A stretch of 31,096 nucleotides of DNA, from positions 1 through 31,096 of the IMG/VR virus record IMGVR_UViG_3300010052_000199; one strand, 5' to 3'. The translations under genes and the position numbers were made by a program. The stretch is from a virus (taxonomy: Duplodnaviria; Caudoviricetes). Positions 1-7,515 of this stretch are shown here, piece by piece; within the stretch, counting starts at the first letter, position 1; the number at the start of each line of letters is the position of its first letter. The notes beneath the pieces were generated by a model. The model ran no database searches and had not been told where the DNA came from. It saw only the letters and a program-made list of their open reading frames with translations.

Positions 1-336
1 TCATACCCATCTGCCCTGAATTGTTTCAATCCATGTATTTTTTGAGATGATTTTAGTTCCATATTCTTTTAATCTTAAAAGAACATTGTCGTCTTTGACA
101 GCATAGGTAATCAGAGAAAATGCAGCTGCACTTGTTACAGGCACATAGTCCAATTCCTCTAATTCATCAAACTTTTTCCTGAAAACGGTTTTAAATTCAT
201 TGTTCCACAAAAATTTTATCGAAATATAATAGCCACATACATCACACTTCCAGTTGTTATTTATTTCTTCAAACGTTTTTGTTTTTTCACACTGAGAACA
301 TTTGTATTCTTCACCGCCAGTAATTCTAGCTATCAC
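1..336 (-). CDS. Hypothetical protein with N-terminal zinc ribbon
   Basis: CSQC...CDVC motif pair; GTG start overlaps the stop of 333..530 (GTGA), last gene of a coupled operon. Confidence 0.7.
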   Translation of the reverse strand: MIARITGGEEYKCSQCEKTKTFEEINNNWKCDVCGYYISIKFLWNNEFKTVFRKKFDELEELDYVPVTSAAAFSLITYAVKDDNVLLRLKEYGTKIISKNTWIETIQGRWV

Positions 337-530
337 TCACGTGTGCGTTTAGGTCTGTCATCCGCTCCAGAACCTTTTTTATCGATTTTGCTCCAATCAT
401 CTCCAGAACCTGTCCCCTTAGGACTTGGTAAATTTTTCGACCTGTTTTCACTTTTACCAGGAAGCGAGAATGTTCTCTTTTCACTCTTTTGTTCACCAGA
501 ACTCCTGTCTTTATTTTTATCGTCACTCAT
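333..530 (-). CDS. Small charged, probably disordered protein (65 aa)
   Basis: ATG start in ATGA overlap with the upstream stop and GTGA overlap downstream, implying translational coupling. Confidence 0.6.
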   Translation of the reverse strand: MSDDKNKDRSSGEQKSEKRTFSLPGKSENRSKNLPSPKGTGSGDDWSKIDKKGSGADDRPKRTRE

Positions 531-973
531 AATGAAATTGTTATAAAAAAGATTAATAATATAATTGCAACAGTTAGAAATAAGAAAGATATTTTGTTGA
601 GATTATTTGTCCAGAGAGTATATTTTGCCTTTGCTTTGTCATAAGCTTCTCGATTATCATTATCAAGAACTCCTTCAATTTCTTCAATTATCTGCCTAGT
701 ACAGTCAATATCATTTTTATTAGCATAGTAGCCAGTTCCTTGAGAGGATAAATTTGTAATCAACGCTAAGGAGAAAAATATCCAAGCTAATTCGAGTAAG
801 GATTTATCTGTGTATGGGAAATCTTTGAAAAATCCTGAACTTAATACAAGACCACCACTTGAAAGTGAAATGATAAGTATGTCAAATCTTTCGATAGAAT
901 ATCTTTTTTTACTTTCAGCTGTAACAAGATGAGCCTGTAACTTTTCAATATATCTTTTATCCCTCTCCGACAT
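527..973 (-). CDS. Membrane protein, about 3 TM helices
   Basis: Hydrophobic stretches ILIISLSSGGLVLS, LAWIFFSLALITNL, ISFLFLTVAIILLIFFITISL. Confidence 0.8.
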   Translation of the reverse strand: MSERDKRYIEKLQAHLVTAESKKRYSIERFDILIISLSSGGLVLSSGFFKDFPYTDKSLLELAWIFFSLALITNLSSQGTGYYANKNDIDCTRQIIEEIEGVLDNDNREAYDKAKAKYTLWTNNLNKISFLFLTVAIILLIFFITISL

Positions 974-1391
974 CTTCCAATTTTAAATATTGGGTTGCGA
1001 ATTTAGTAGCTTCATCTGTAGTGAAAATATTTTCAAAACTCGTTTTAATTCCCCATGTAACATCCCCAGATTCGAATTCGCAATGTATCATCAAATTGAC
1101 GATATTTCTATCTCTCATAGGAACAACGGGGAAATACTCAATTTTATTAATACCGCTCTCCTTTACAAAGATTATATATAGGTCACTATTATAATCATTT
1201 GCAGAGATATGAATATAATCAGTTTGAAGAATAGAATAATCTTCTCTTGGAAGCTGTCTTGTGAAAATTTCTTTTAATAATTGCTTATAGAAGTCGATTA
1301 GAAACTTTTGTATATATCTGGTAAAATCATCAGCTTCACCAATACCATCAATTACAAGTTTCTTATTTGCTAAATCTTTAAGTATTTTCAT
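957..1391 (-). CDS. Hypothetical protein, first gene of a 4-gene operon
   Basis: 144-aa ORF with ATG start just downstream of a TAnnTTTG box. Confidence 0.75.
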   Translation of the reverse strand: MKILKDLANKKLVIDGIGEADDFTRYIQKFLIDFYKQLLKEIFTRQLPREDYSILQTDYIHISANDYNSDLYIIFVKESGINKIEYFPVVPMRDRNIVNLMIHCEFESGDVTWGIKTSFENIFTTDEATKFATQYLKLEDVGEG

Positions 1392-1405
1392 ATGTAAGGT
1401 TTTAA

Positions 1406-1413
1406 CAAAAATA
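1406..1413 (-). promoter_or_regulatory. Bacteroidota housekeeping promoter -7 box (TATTTTTG)
   Basis: Matches TAnnTTTG on the minus strand, about 15 nt upstream of the ATG at 1391. Confidence 0.55.
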
Positions 1414-1450
1414 ATAAATTACCGATTAAAAATTAATATTGTTTATATTT

Positions 1451-1828
1451 TTAAGTTAGCTTGTTAAAATAGTCAAAGAGCAAATCAATTATTTTTTCAG
1501 AAATATTTTTATCATCTGATGTAGTCGGACAATATAATTGCAAATCAATAAACGTCTTTTCAGACTTGATTGTATCGGGGCCGCTGATGCTTAAAATATA
1601 TCTACCAGAGATACCTTTTTCTTCGAGTTCATTAAATAAAAATTGCCTTAGATTTTTTTGAATCTGTGAAAACTTTCTAGCACCAAATTTCTCTGGGTCG
1701 ATTGGAAAATGGTTGCCAAATGACAAATGAAAATGTGTTTTATCATCAATCATTCTCGAATAATTTACCTTCCTCCCCCTATAAATCCAAGACTGGTCTC
1801 TGAACTGTTTTCTTTTCTTACTAAGCAA
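1451..1828 (-). CDS. Hypothetical protein coupled to the replication initiator gene
   Basis: 125-aa ORF, TTG start overlapping the initiator stop by 8 nt. Confidence 0.65.
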   Translation of the reverse strand: MLSKKRKQFRDQSWIYRGRKVNYSRMIDDKTHFHLSFGNHFPIDPEKFGARKFSQIQKNLRQFLFNELEEKGISGRYILSISGPDTIKSEKTFIDLQLYCPTTSDDKNISEKIIDLLFDYFNKLT

Positions 1829-2543
1829 CTTGTTTCAATTGATTTAAAAAACCTAGGTAGGTTTCAATGTGTTCCTTTTTGTGATTTTGGACATACTCAA
1901 GAACATCTCGCAAATATTTTTCATCTGGGTTCAATCTCCCGAAACGCTCAAGGCAATTATTTCTGAAATGTTCAACAGATTTTACCAATTGAAGGGCCGC
2001 GACAAAATTGTATTCGAGTTCAAAAGCATTATCTATAATAGACATTTTTGGTGCTGGAGCTGGTTCAACAATTTGGTTGTAATCAAAGGCATCGTTAAAA
2101 AACTCATCACTTATCAAATCACCATCCTCATTTTCAGGATAGTCAAAAACGATTGGCTCGGTGGTTTCTATTGTTTTCTTGGAAATGGTTTCAGTTACTG
2201 TTGACTCAGGTTCAAGATTATCAGATGGGACAATTGCGACCTCATTTTTGGTCATATTATCAATGTTTGCGGTGATGTATCTTTTATTGTACCACTGTTT
2301 ATCCCCAGTCGTATGTTTCTTTTTTATAACTGTAGTTTGGATGTAACCGAGGGCAGCGAGTGACGCAAGAATACGTTTAATGGTAGAAATATCAACGCCC
2401 CAGTAATCAGCAAGCCATTTGTTTGTTGCGATAAAATCTTGGTCGTTGAGATTGAAACCGATGATTTGATTTAGGATAGCCTTCTCGGCCCAGTTAAGGT
2501 TTTTGTTTTGGTTCACCTGATTGGTTATTTGGAAGAAATTCAT
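1821..2543 (-). CDS. Winged-HTH replication initiator / replisome organiser-like protein (240 aa)
   Basis: LNWAEKAIL...ATNKWLADYWGVDISTIKRILASLAALGYI fits the N-terminal HTH of phage initiators; adjacent iteron array; ATG at 2543 preferred over the ORF-track start at 2741. Confidence 0.7.
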   Translation of the reverse strand: MNFFQITNQVNQNKNLNWAEKAILNQIIGFNLNDQDFIATNKWLADYWGVDISTIKRILASLAALGYIQTTVIKKKHTTGDKQWYNKRYITANIDNMTKNEVAIVPSDNLEPESTVTETISKKTIETTEPIVFDYPENEDGDLISDEFFNDAFDYNQIVEPAPAPKMSIIDNAFELEYNFVAALQLVKSVEHFRNNCLERFGRLNPDEKYLRDVLEYVQNHKKEHIETYLGFLNQLKQVA

Positions 2544-2613
2544 TTTTTTTATTCCTTTATTTCCTTCATCCAGTTGGATGATTATTTCCTTTTTTGTTAA
2601 CTCGGTAAAGGAA

Positions 2614-2637
2614 GCTGGTGGACATGACCCCACCAGC
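2614..2637. promoter_or_regulatory. Stem-loop in the 5' leader of the initiator gene
   Basis: GCTGGTGG-N8-CCACCAGC, perfect 8-bp GC-rich stem in AT-rich context. Confidence 0.5.
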
Positions 2638-2723
2638 AACCTAGGATTTTGAAAACTTTTCTGTTTTATATTATGAGCAATATTTCTAATTATAAACAAA
2701 AAAAATGAAAGAGTCAATACCCA

Positions 2724-2760
2724 TTTAATAATAAATATCACGAAAAATAGAAAAAGACAG
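2724..2760 (-). promoter_or_regulatory. Element-specific motif B, copy 1 (upstream of initiator operon)
   Basis: Minus strand CTGTCTTTT-N9-CGTGATATTTATTATTAAA aligns without gaps to 24283-24319. Confidence 0.5.
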
Positions 2761-2770
2761 AAAAAATTAG

Positions 2771-3006
2771 GTTAGGGTCAAAAATAAGCCTAGCTACAAG
2801 AAGTTGGGTTCAAAAATGAACCTATCTGTATGGGGTTGGGCTCAAATATGAACCTCTCTATACTAGTTAGGCTCAAAAGTAAACTTCAATACTTGAAGGT
2901 TGGGGTCATTTTTGAGCCTAACAATATAATTGGACACGGTGTTTTTATGTTGTTAAGGTGGGTTGGGGTCATTTTTGAGCCAAGGGTTGGGTTCATTTTT
3001 GACCCT
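2771..3006. repeat. Seven 21-bp quasi-palindromic iterons, consensus GTTRGGNTCA-W4-TRANCCT
   Basis: Copies start at 2771, 2803, 2835, 2866, 2899, 2962, 2986; spacings 32, 32, 31, 33, 63, 24. Confidence 0.85.
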
Positions 3007-3009
3007 TCA

Positions 3010-3085
3010 CTAATAATAAAGAAATAATAATAAGTAATAATATATATTATATATAATACTTAAGATATATATAAGGAAAATATTG
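3010..3085. other. AT-rich DNA-unwinding-element candidate of the origin
   Basis: Near-pure A/T tract (TAATAATAAAGAAATAATAATAAGTAATAATATATATTATATATAATACT) directly after the last iteron. Confidence 0.6.
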
Positions 3086-3395
3086 ACTCATTTTAGTTGG
3101 AAACTTTCACCAAACCTAAATGGAAGCTCGCAAAGCGAAAAAAAAAATGTAAACCCCAATACCACCGAAGGTGAGAAAGTACTTTAAATAGCTTTATTTC
3201 ATTTTAGAAATAATATCTAAATATATTTAAACCTCAATCCTTTTTTTTCTAAAACAACCTCCAACAGCGAAAGATTGGCAATGCCAATCCCTCACCCCCA
3301 GTTGCGCGCGGCCCCCTCTCCCAAAATGACCTGTCCTATTTTGTTTTCAGCTTACTGCGAACCTTGCACCCTTAATAATATTAAAATACAATATC

Positions 3396-3665
3396 ATGAG
3401 TTACCTGATGAGAGTCGAGAGCATATTAAATAATCCTAATTGTGCTTACAATCGAAACAATCTGTTGAACATACTTGATGAATTGAAGCGTAATTATCGA
3501 TTTGAAGATGATGATGAATTTGAGCTAATAAGAGTGAAAAAGGAAGTAGAGTCACTGGATTACTACAACCACTACACCCATGAAGTCGATTGGTCAAAAA
3601 AGCATTCATTCTTAAGCGCGACTCAGGAAGTGTATAGAATTTTATCTTATTATGAATTAAGATAA
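3396..3665 (+). CDS. Hypothetical protein (89 aa)
   Basis: ATG-started ORF with AT-rich leader; no recognisable motif. Confidence 0.65.
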   Translation: MSYLMRVESILNNPNCAYNRNNLLNILDELKRNYRFEDDDEFELIRVKKEVESLDYYNHYTHEVDWSKKHSFLSATQEVYRILSYYELR

Positions 3666-3673
3666 AGAAGAGA

Positions 3674-3701
3674 CTTTACATTCACCTGGCCCAACATTAT
3701 A
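3674..3701 (+). promoter_or_regulatory. Degenerate copy of motif A (putative late promoter)
   Basis: CTTTACAT-N10-CAACATTATA upstream of the MTase/endolysin unit; same spacing as the 6307 and 13924 copies. Confidence 0.4.
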
Positions 3702-3756
3702 TTTTGTTAAAGGCCCACAAGAGGCATAAGGCACATTTGGCTGCCAATATTAATAT

Positions 3757-4766
3757 ATGCACCTATCAACATTTTATCATTGTTTGACGGCATTAGTTGC
3801 GGTCAGATAGCATTAAACAGAGCTGGAATATAATATTCCAGCTATTATGCGTGTGAGATTGACCAGCACGCTATCAAGGTTACACAAACCAATTACCCAG
3901 ATACCATCCAACTAGGAAATGTTACCGAACTCGATGTAAAAAACCTCCCAAAGATTGACCTTATAATTGGTGGTTCACCATGTCAAGGTTTTTCATTTGC
4001 AGGAAAACAACTCAACTTCGATGATGAACGTTCAAAGCTATTCTTTGAGTATGTCAGAATACTTGATGAAGTAAGAGAAGTTAATCCCAATGTTCTGTTC
4101 ATGCTTGAGAATGTTGTGATGAAGAAGGAATATCAGGATGTGATTTCAGAATATCTCGGAGTTCAGCCAATTCTTATCAATAGCGCACTGGTTTCAGCCC
4201 AAAACAGGAAAAGGTTGTATTGGACAAACATTCCAAATGTTGAGCAACCAGCGGATAAAGGAATTTTGGTCAAGGATATTCTACAAACTGAGGGGCTTGG
4301 AATTCATATTTGTGGAAGAAAAATCAATCCAGAAACAGGTCAAAGAGAAGACAAAAACAAAGAGCTGCCTTACACTCAAATAGCCTACATTAAAGATGAT
4401 GGCAAAACGGGATGCCTAACAACTGTGACTAAAGACCATCTTGTGTATGACCTTGAAAAGGCAAAGCTATCTGATGATGCAATCAGATATATGGATGGTC
4501 TCAGAAATGGTAAGCAGAGATGGGAACATCATAAATATCCGCTTGACGGTAAAGCATCATGCTTGACTGCCAGCCATTCTAAGGGTGTACCCTATACTGC
4601 TATAAAAGAACTTCTAAGGCATCTTACACCAGTTGAAGCAGAACGTTTACAGACGGTGCCCGATAATTACACCAACTCTATAAGCAAAACCCAGCGGATG
4701 AAAGCTTTGGGTAATGGATGGACTGTTGATGTGTTAGCTCACATCTTCAAGAATATCCCTCAATAA
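3757..4766 (+). pseudogene. C5-cytosine DNA methyltransferase pseudogene
   Basis: Frame upstream of ORF 4101 reads PINILSLFDGISCGQIALNRAGI*YSSYYACEID...LIIGGSPCQGFS...LENV (motifs I, IV, VI) and ends LTPVEAERLQ...LGNGW (IX, X); in-frame TAA at 3831-3833, and the ATG at 3757 is out of frame. Confidence 0.9.
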
Positions 4767-4802
4767 TTATCCACCTCGGATAAAAAGGAAAAAAATTTAT
4801 GA

Positions 4803-5351
4803 TTGGATTTAATTACATTGGAAAGGATAAAACTGCTTCACCCAGCAGTCAGAAAAGAAGTGTTGGATATGTACACTCACGTCAACAACAAACTCCTCGG
4901 AAAAGGCGTTAGATTGCGTTTTGCATATACCTTAAGGACCAACAAAGAACAGGATGAGCTATATGCTCAGGGTCGAACAAAATTATTTGATAATACTGGA
5001 AAAAGACTTGGAAAGGTTACCAATGCTAAAGGTGGTCAATCAATTCATAACTACAGCTGCGCCTTTGATATTGTTCTATTACTAGATAAAAACGGTGATG
5101 GGATTTTTGAAGCCGTAAGCTGGGATATGAAAGCAGATTTTGATAAGGATGGTAAACCAGATTGGATGGAAGTGGCTGATTATTTCAAATCGAAAGGTTG
5201 GGAATGGGGAGGTGATTGGAAATTCAAGGATTACCCTCATTTTCAAAAAGATTTTGGTTTAAGCTGGCAACAGATGAAAGCTAAAATTGATAATGGTGAT
5301 TATACTGAAGAAGTTATTAATGGCCAAAAGATTAAGTATATAAATCTTTGA
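4803..5351 (+). CDS. Endolysin, M15 family Zn peptidase (L-Ala-D-Glu type)
   Basis: RTNKEQDELYAQGRT, VTNAKGGQSIHNYSCAFD (SxH...D), WEWGGDWK, DYPHFQ; TTG start. Confidence 0.92.
   Translation: MDLITLERIKLLHPAVRKEVLDMYTHVNNKLLGKGVRLRFAYTLRTNKEQDELYAQGRTKLFDNTGKRLGKVTNAKGGQSIHNYSCAFDIVLLLDKNGDGIFEAVSWDMKADFDKDGKPDWMEVADYFKSKGWEWGGDWKFKDYPHFQKDFGLSWQQMKAKIDNGDYTEEVINGQKIKYINL
5067..5222 (+). repeat. Direct repeat copy 1 (endolysin C-terminal catalytic half)
   Basis: 52 codons colinear with 5982-6137; first 26 bp identical. Confidence 0.95.
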
Positions 5352-5968
5352 TGGGGATTTACCAGATTACTTCCCCATCTGGTAAAATTTATATAGGGTC
5401 ATCTAAAAATATCGAACGAAGAGTTTGGTATTATTCAAAATTACAGTGTAAAAATCAACCCCGATTATATAATTCATTAAATAAATATGGGTGGGAAGGT
5501 CATAAATTAACAATAGTTGAGGAATGTAATTTTGAAGAACTTTATGAAAGAGAAAGATATTGGGGAGATAGTTTAAATGTATTGGGAGAAAATGGACTTA
5601 ATAGTATTTTACCAAAGGCAGGTGAAAACAAAAAAGGCGTAAGTGATGAGACTAGACTGAAGATGTCGATAAGTAAAAGAGGTATCTTAAACAGTAGTTA
5701 CGGAGTGCCTTTATCAGATAAACATAAAGAGGCTATTAGGAAAGCCCAAACAGGTAGAAAACATTCCCAAGAACATAGAAAAAAAGTGTCTGAAAACAAC
5801 GCAAAAAACCTTGCAAAAATTGTTATTGATTTGAAAACAGGAATCTTTTTCGAATCAGCAAAAGAAGCTGCTGAAGCTTACGGTATTAAACATTCAACAT
5901 TGATTTCAATGTTGAATGGAACTAATAAAAATAGAACTAATTTAATTTATGTTGATAATTATAAATAA
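5351..5968 (+). CDS. GIY-YIG homing endonuclease with NUMOD3-like repeats and C-terminal HTH
   Basis: GIYQITSPSGKIYIGSS; VSDETRLKMS and RKHSQEHRKKVSE motifs; FESAKEAAEAYGI; ATG overlaps the endolysin stop (TGATG). Confidence 0.92.
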   Translation: MGIYQITSPSGKIYIGSSKNIERRVWYYSKLQCKNQPRLYNSLNKYGWEGHKLTIVEECNFEELYERERYWGDSLNVLGENGLNSILPKAGENKKGVSDETRLKMSISKRGILNSSYGVPLSDKHKEAIRKAQTGRKHSQEHRKKVSENNAKNLAKIVIDLKTGIFFESAKEAAEAYGIKHSTLISMLNGTNKNRTNLIYVDNYK

Positions 5969-5969
5969 G

Positions 5970-6269
5970 AGTCTTGCTCTAGATATTGTTCTATTACTAG
6001 ATAAAAATGGTGATGGTGTATTTGAGGCTGTGAGTTGGGACATGAAAGCTGATTTTGATAAAGATGGCAAACCAGACTGGATGGAAGTAGCTGATTATTT
6101 CAAATCCAAAGGATGGGTTTGGGGCGGTGATTGGAAATCATTACCTGATGGTCCGCACTTTGAGAAAACCTTTGGTCATACATGGAGAACCCTTCAAGCT
6201 AAATATAATAAGGGAGAAACTTTTGATGAGATAATTGACGGTAAAAAATACACTTGGGTAAAAATTTAA
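5970..6269 (+). pseudogene. Orphaned 3' half of an M15 endolysin allele
   Basis: Begins SLALDIVLL one base after the endonuclease stop; lacks the N-terminal half including SxH; frame open to TAA at 6267-6269. Confidence 0.88.
5982..6137 (+). repeat. Direct repeat copy 2 (endolysin C-terminal catalytic half)
   Basis: 50 of 52 aa identical to copy 1; differences mostly at third codon positions. Confidence 0.95.
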
Positions 6270-6306
6270 CTCTGCAGATCTGAAGTAATATTTTTTTAGA
6301 GCAGCA

Positions 6307-6338
6307 CTTTACTTTATCAGAGTATGACACTATTGTTT
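6307..6338 (+). promoter_or_regulatory. Element-specific motif A (putative late promoter) upstream of the head operon
   Basis: CTTTACTT-N10-TGACACTATTGTTT; both boxes and spacing match 13924-13955. Confidence 0.7.
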
Positions 6339-6343
6339 ATGTA

Positions 6344-7489
6344 ATGATTGGAACTATTTACATAAATGGTATTGTTGGCCAAGACACTACCTTACTAGAT
6401 GTCATTAGACAGGTTAAAGCTTCAAAAGGTGCTACTGAATATCTTGTAAAGATTGATTCAGTAGGTGGTATTGTTGAAGCGGGTCAAGCCATTTATAATT
6501 ACCTAAAAGGTCTTGAAGCTCCTGTCACTACATATACTACAAAAGCGTTTTCAATTGCCAGCTATATATTTCTATCTGGTGATAAAAGAATCATTCCCCA
6601 AGGTACTCCAAATGCTTTAATGATTCACCTTCCTTGGACTGAGGTAAAAGGAACTTCTGATACACTCGCATCTCACGCAAAATATTTGAAGGATGTTGAA
6701 AACGAATTAGTAAAATTCTACGCCACAAGCCTTGAGATTGATGAAAGTGCTATCCAATCTCTTTTGTCCAAGGAAACTTATCTCGATGCAACACAAGCCC
6801 TTGAAATGGGGTTTGCAACTGAAATACAGCCACAAATGAAAGCTGTGGCAATGATAAATAACAAGAAAGAAGAAGATGAAAGTTTGATGAACAAACTAAA
6901 CAAAAAATTATCTCAAATCTTCAACAAGCTATCAGGTGCAAGAGCCGAGTTAATACTTCAGGATGCTACTGGCACTGAGCTGGTTTTTCCAGACCTTGAG
7001 CCAAATGATGTTGCTCAAATAGATGAGAAGGCTACTGTTGATGGAAAGGCAGCTGATGGCGAATTTGTAATGCCAGACGGGTCAACTATAAAGGTTGCTG
7101 GTGGTATTGTTAAAGAAATCGTTCCAGCGGAGGTTGAAGAAGATGAGCAAGCCCCTCTAGATGCCGAGAATGAAGAAAATGAGGACGCACCAGCTGACGA
7201 TAAGGATGCAAGAATTGCAGAATTAGAAGCTGAGAACGCTGAGTTGAAAGCTAAAATTTCAGAACTGGAAGGCAGCAAAACAGATGAGCCATCTGAAACC
7301 GAGAACAAAATGCTTGAGGTAGTAGCGATGGCCGCTGAAAAGGTGAATGAACTTGAAACTAAGTACCAAGCTCTAGCAAAAGCGGTTGGGAGCGATTACC
7401 AGCCGTCCAATAAAAAGGAAAATAAACCAACCGTTAAGGCAAGCGAGATAGCACTTGATAGAGCTTATCAGATACTTAACTCTAAATAA
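6344..7489 (+). CDS. ClpP-type (S14) prohead protease fused to a scaffold domain
   Basis: IDSVGG, AFSIAS (catalytic Ser), LMIHLPW (His), ETYLDATQALEMGFA; acidic coiled-coil C-terminus; precedes capsid. Confidence 0.9.
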   Translation: MIGTIYINGIVGQDTTLLDVIRQVKASKGATEYLVKIDSVGGIVEAGQAIYNYLKGLEAPVTTYTTKAFSIASYIFLSGDKRIIPQGTPNALMIHLPWTEVKGTSDTLASHAKYLKDVENELVKFYATSLEIDESAIQSLLSKETYLDATQALEMGFATEIQPQMKAVAMINNKKEEDESLMNKLNKKLSQIFNKLSGARAELILQDATGTELVFPDLEPNDVAQIDEKATVDGKAADGEFVMPDGSTIKVAGGIVKEIVPAEVEEDEQAPLDAENEENEDAPADDKDARIAELEAENAELKAKISELEGSKTDEPSETENKMLEVVAMAAEKVNELETKYQALAKAVGSDYQPSNKKENKPTVKASEIALDRAYQILNSK

Positions 7490-7515
7490 CAAGAAGTCTA
7501 ACCTTTAAAATATTA

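Noticed and set aside
2771-3006. CRISPR array or mini-array
   Set aside because: Repeats are degenerate, intervening sequences are mostly about 11 bp, orientation flips and no cas genes are present; iterons fit better
2544-3027. N-terminal extension of the initiator (to 2741) and ORF 2830..3027
   Set aside because: They run through the leader hairpin, motif B and the iteron array; apparent peptide repeats just mirror the DNA repeats
3831-3833. Stop-codon reassignment or read-through in the methyltransferase
   Set aside because: TAA terminates most genes here, no other gene has internal stops, and a second lesion near the start indicates decay
4767-4783. DnaA-box-like TTATCCACC within a TTATCC/GGATAA hairpin
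   Set aside because: Single imperfect copy about 1.7 kb from the origin; more simply a weak intergenic hairpin
5055-5969. Group I intron in the endolysin (insert ends in G and encodes GIY-YIG)
   Set aside because: The insert is entirely coding, with no room for a ribozyme core, and the upstream gene is already complete without splicing
5067-6137. Diversity-generating retroelement TR/VR pair
   Set aside because: Mismatches are third-position and not adenine-specific; no reverse transcriptase in the window
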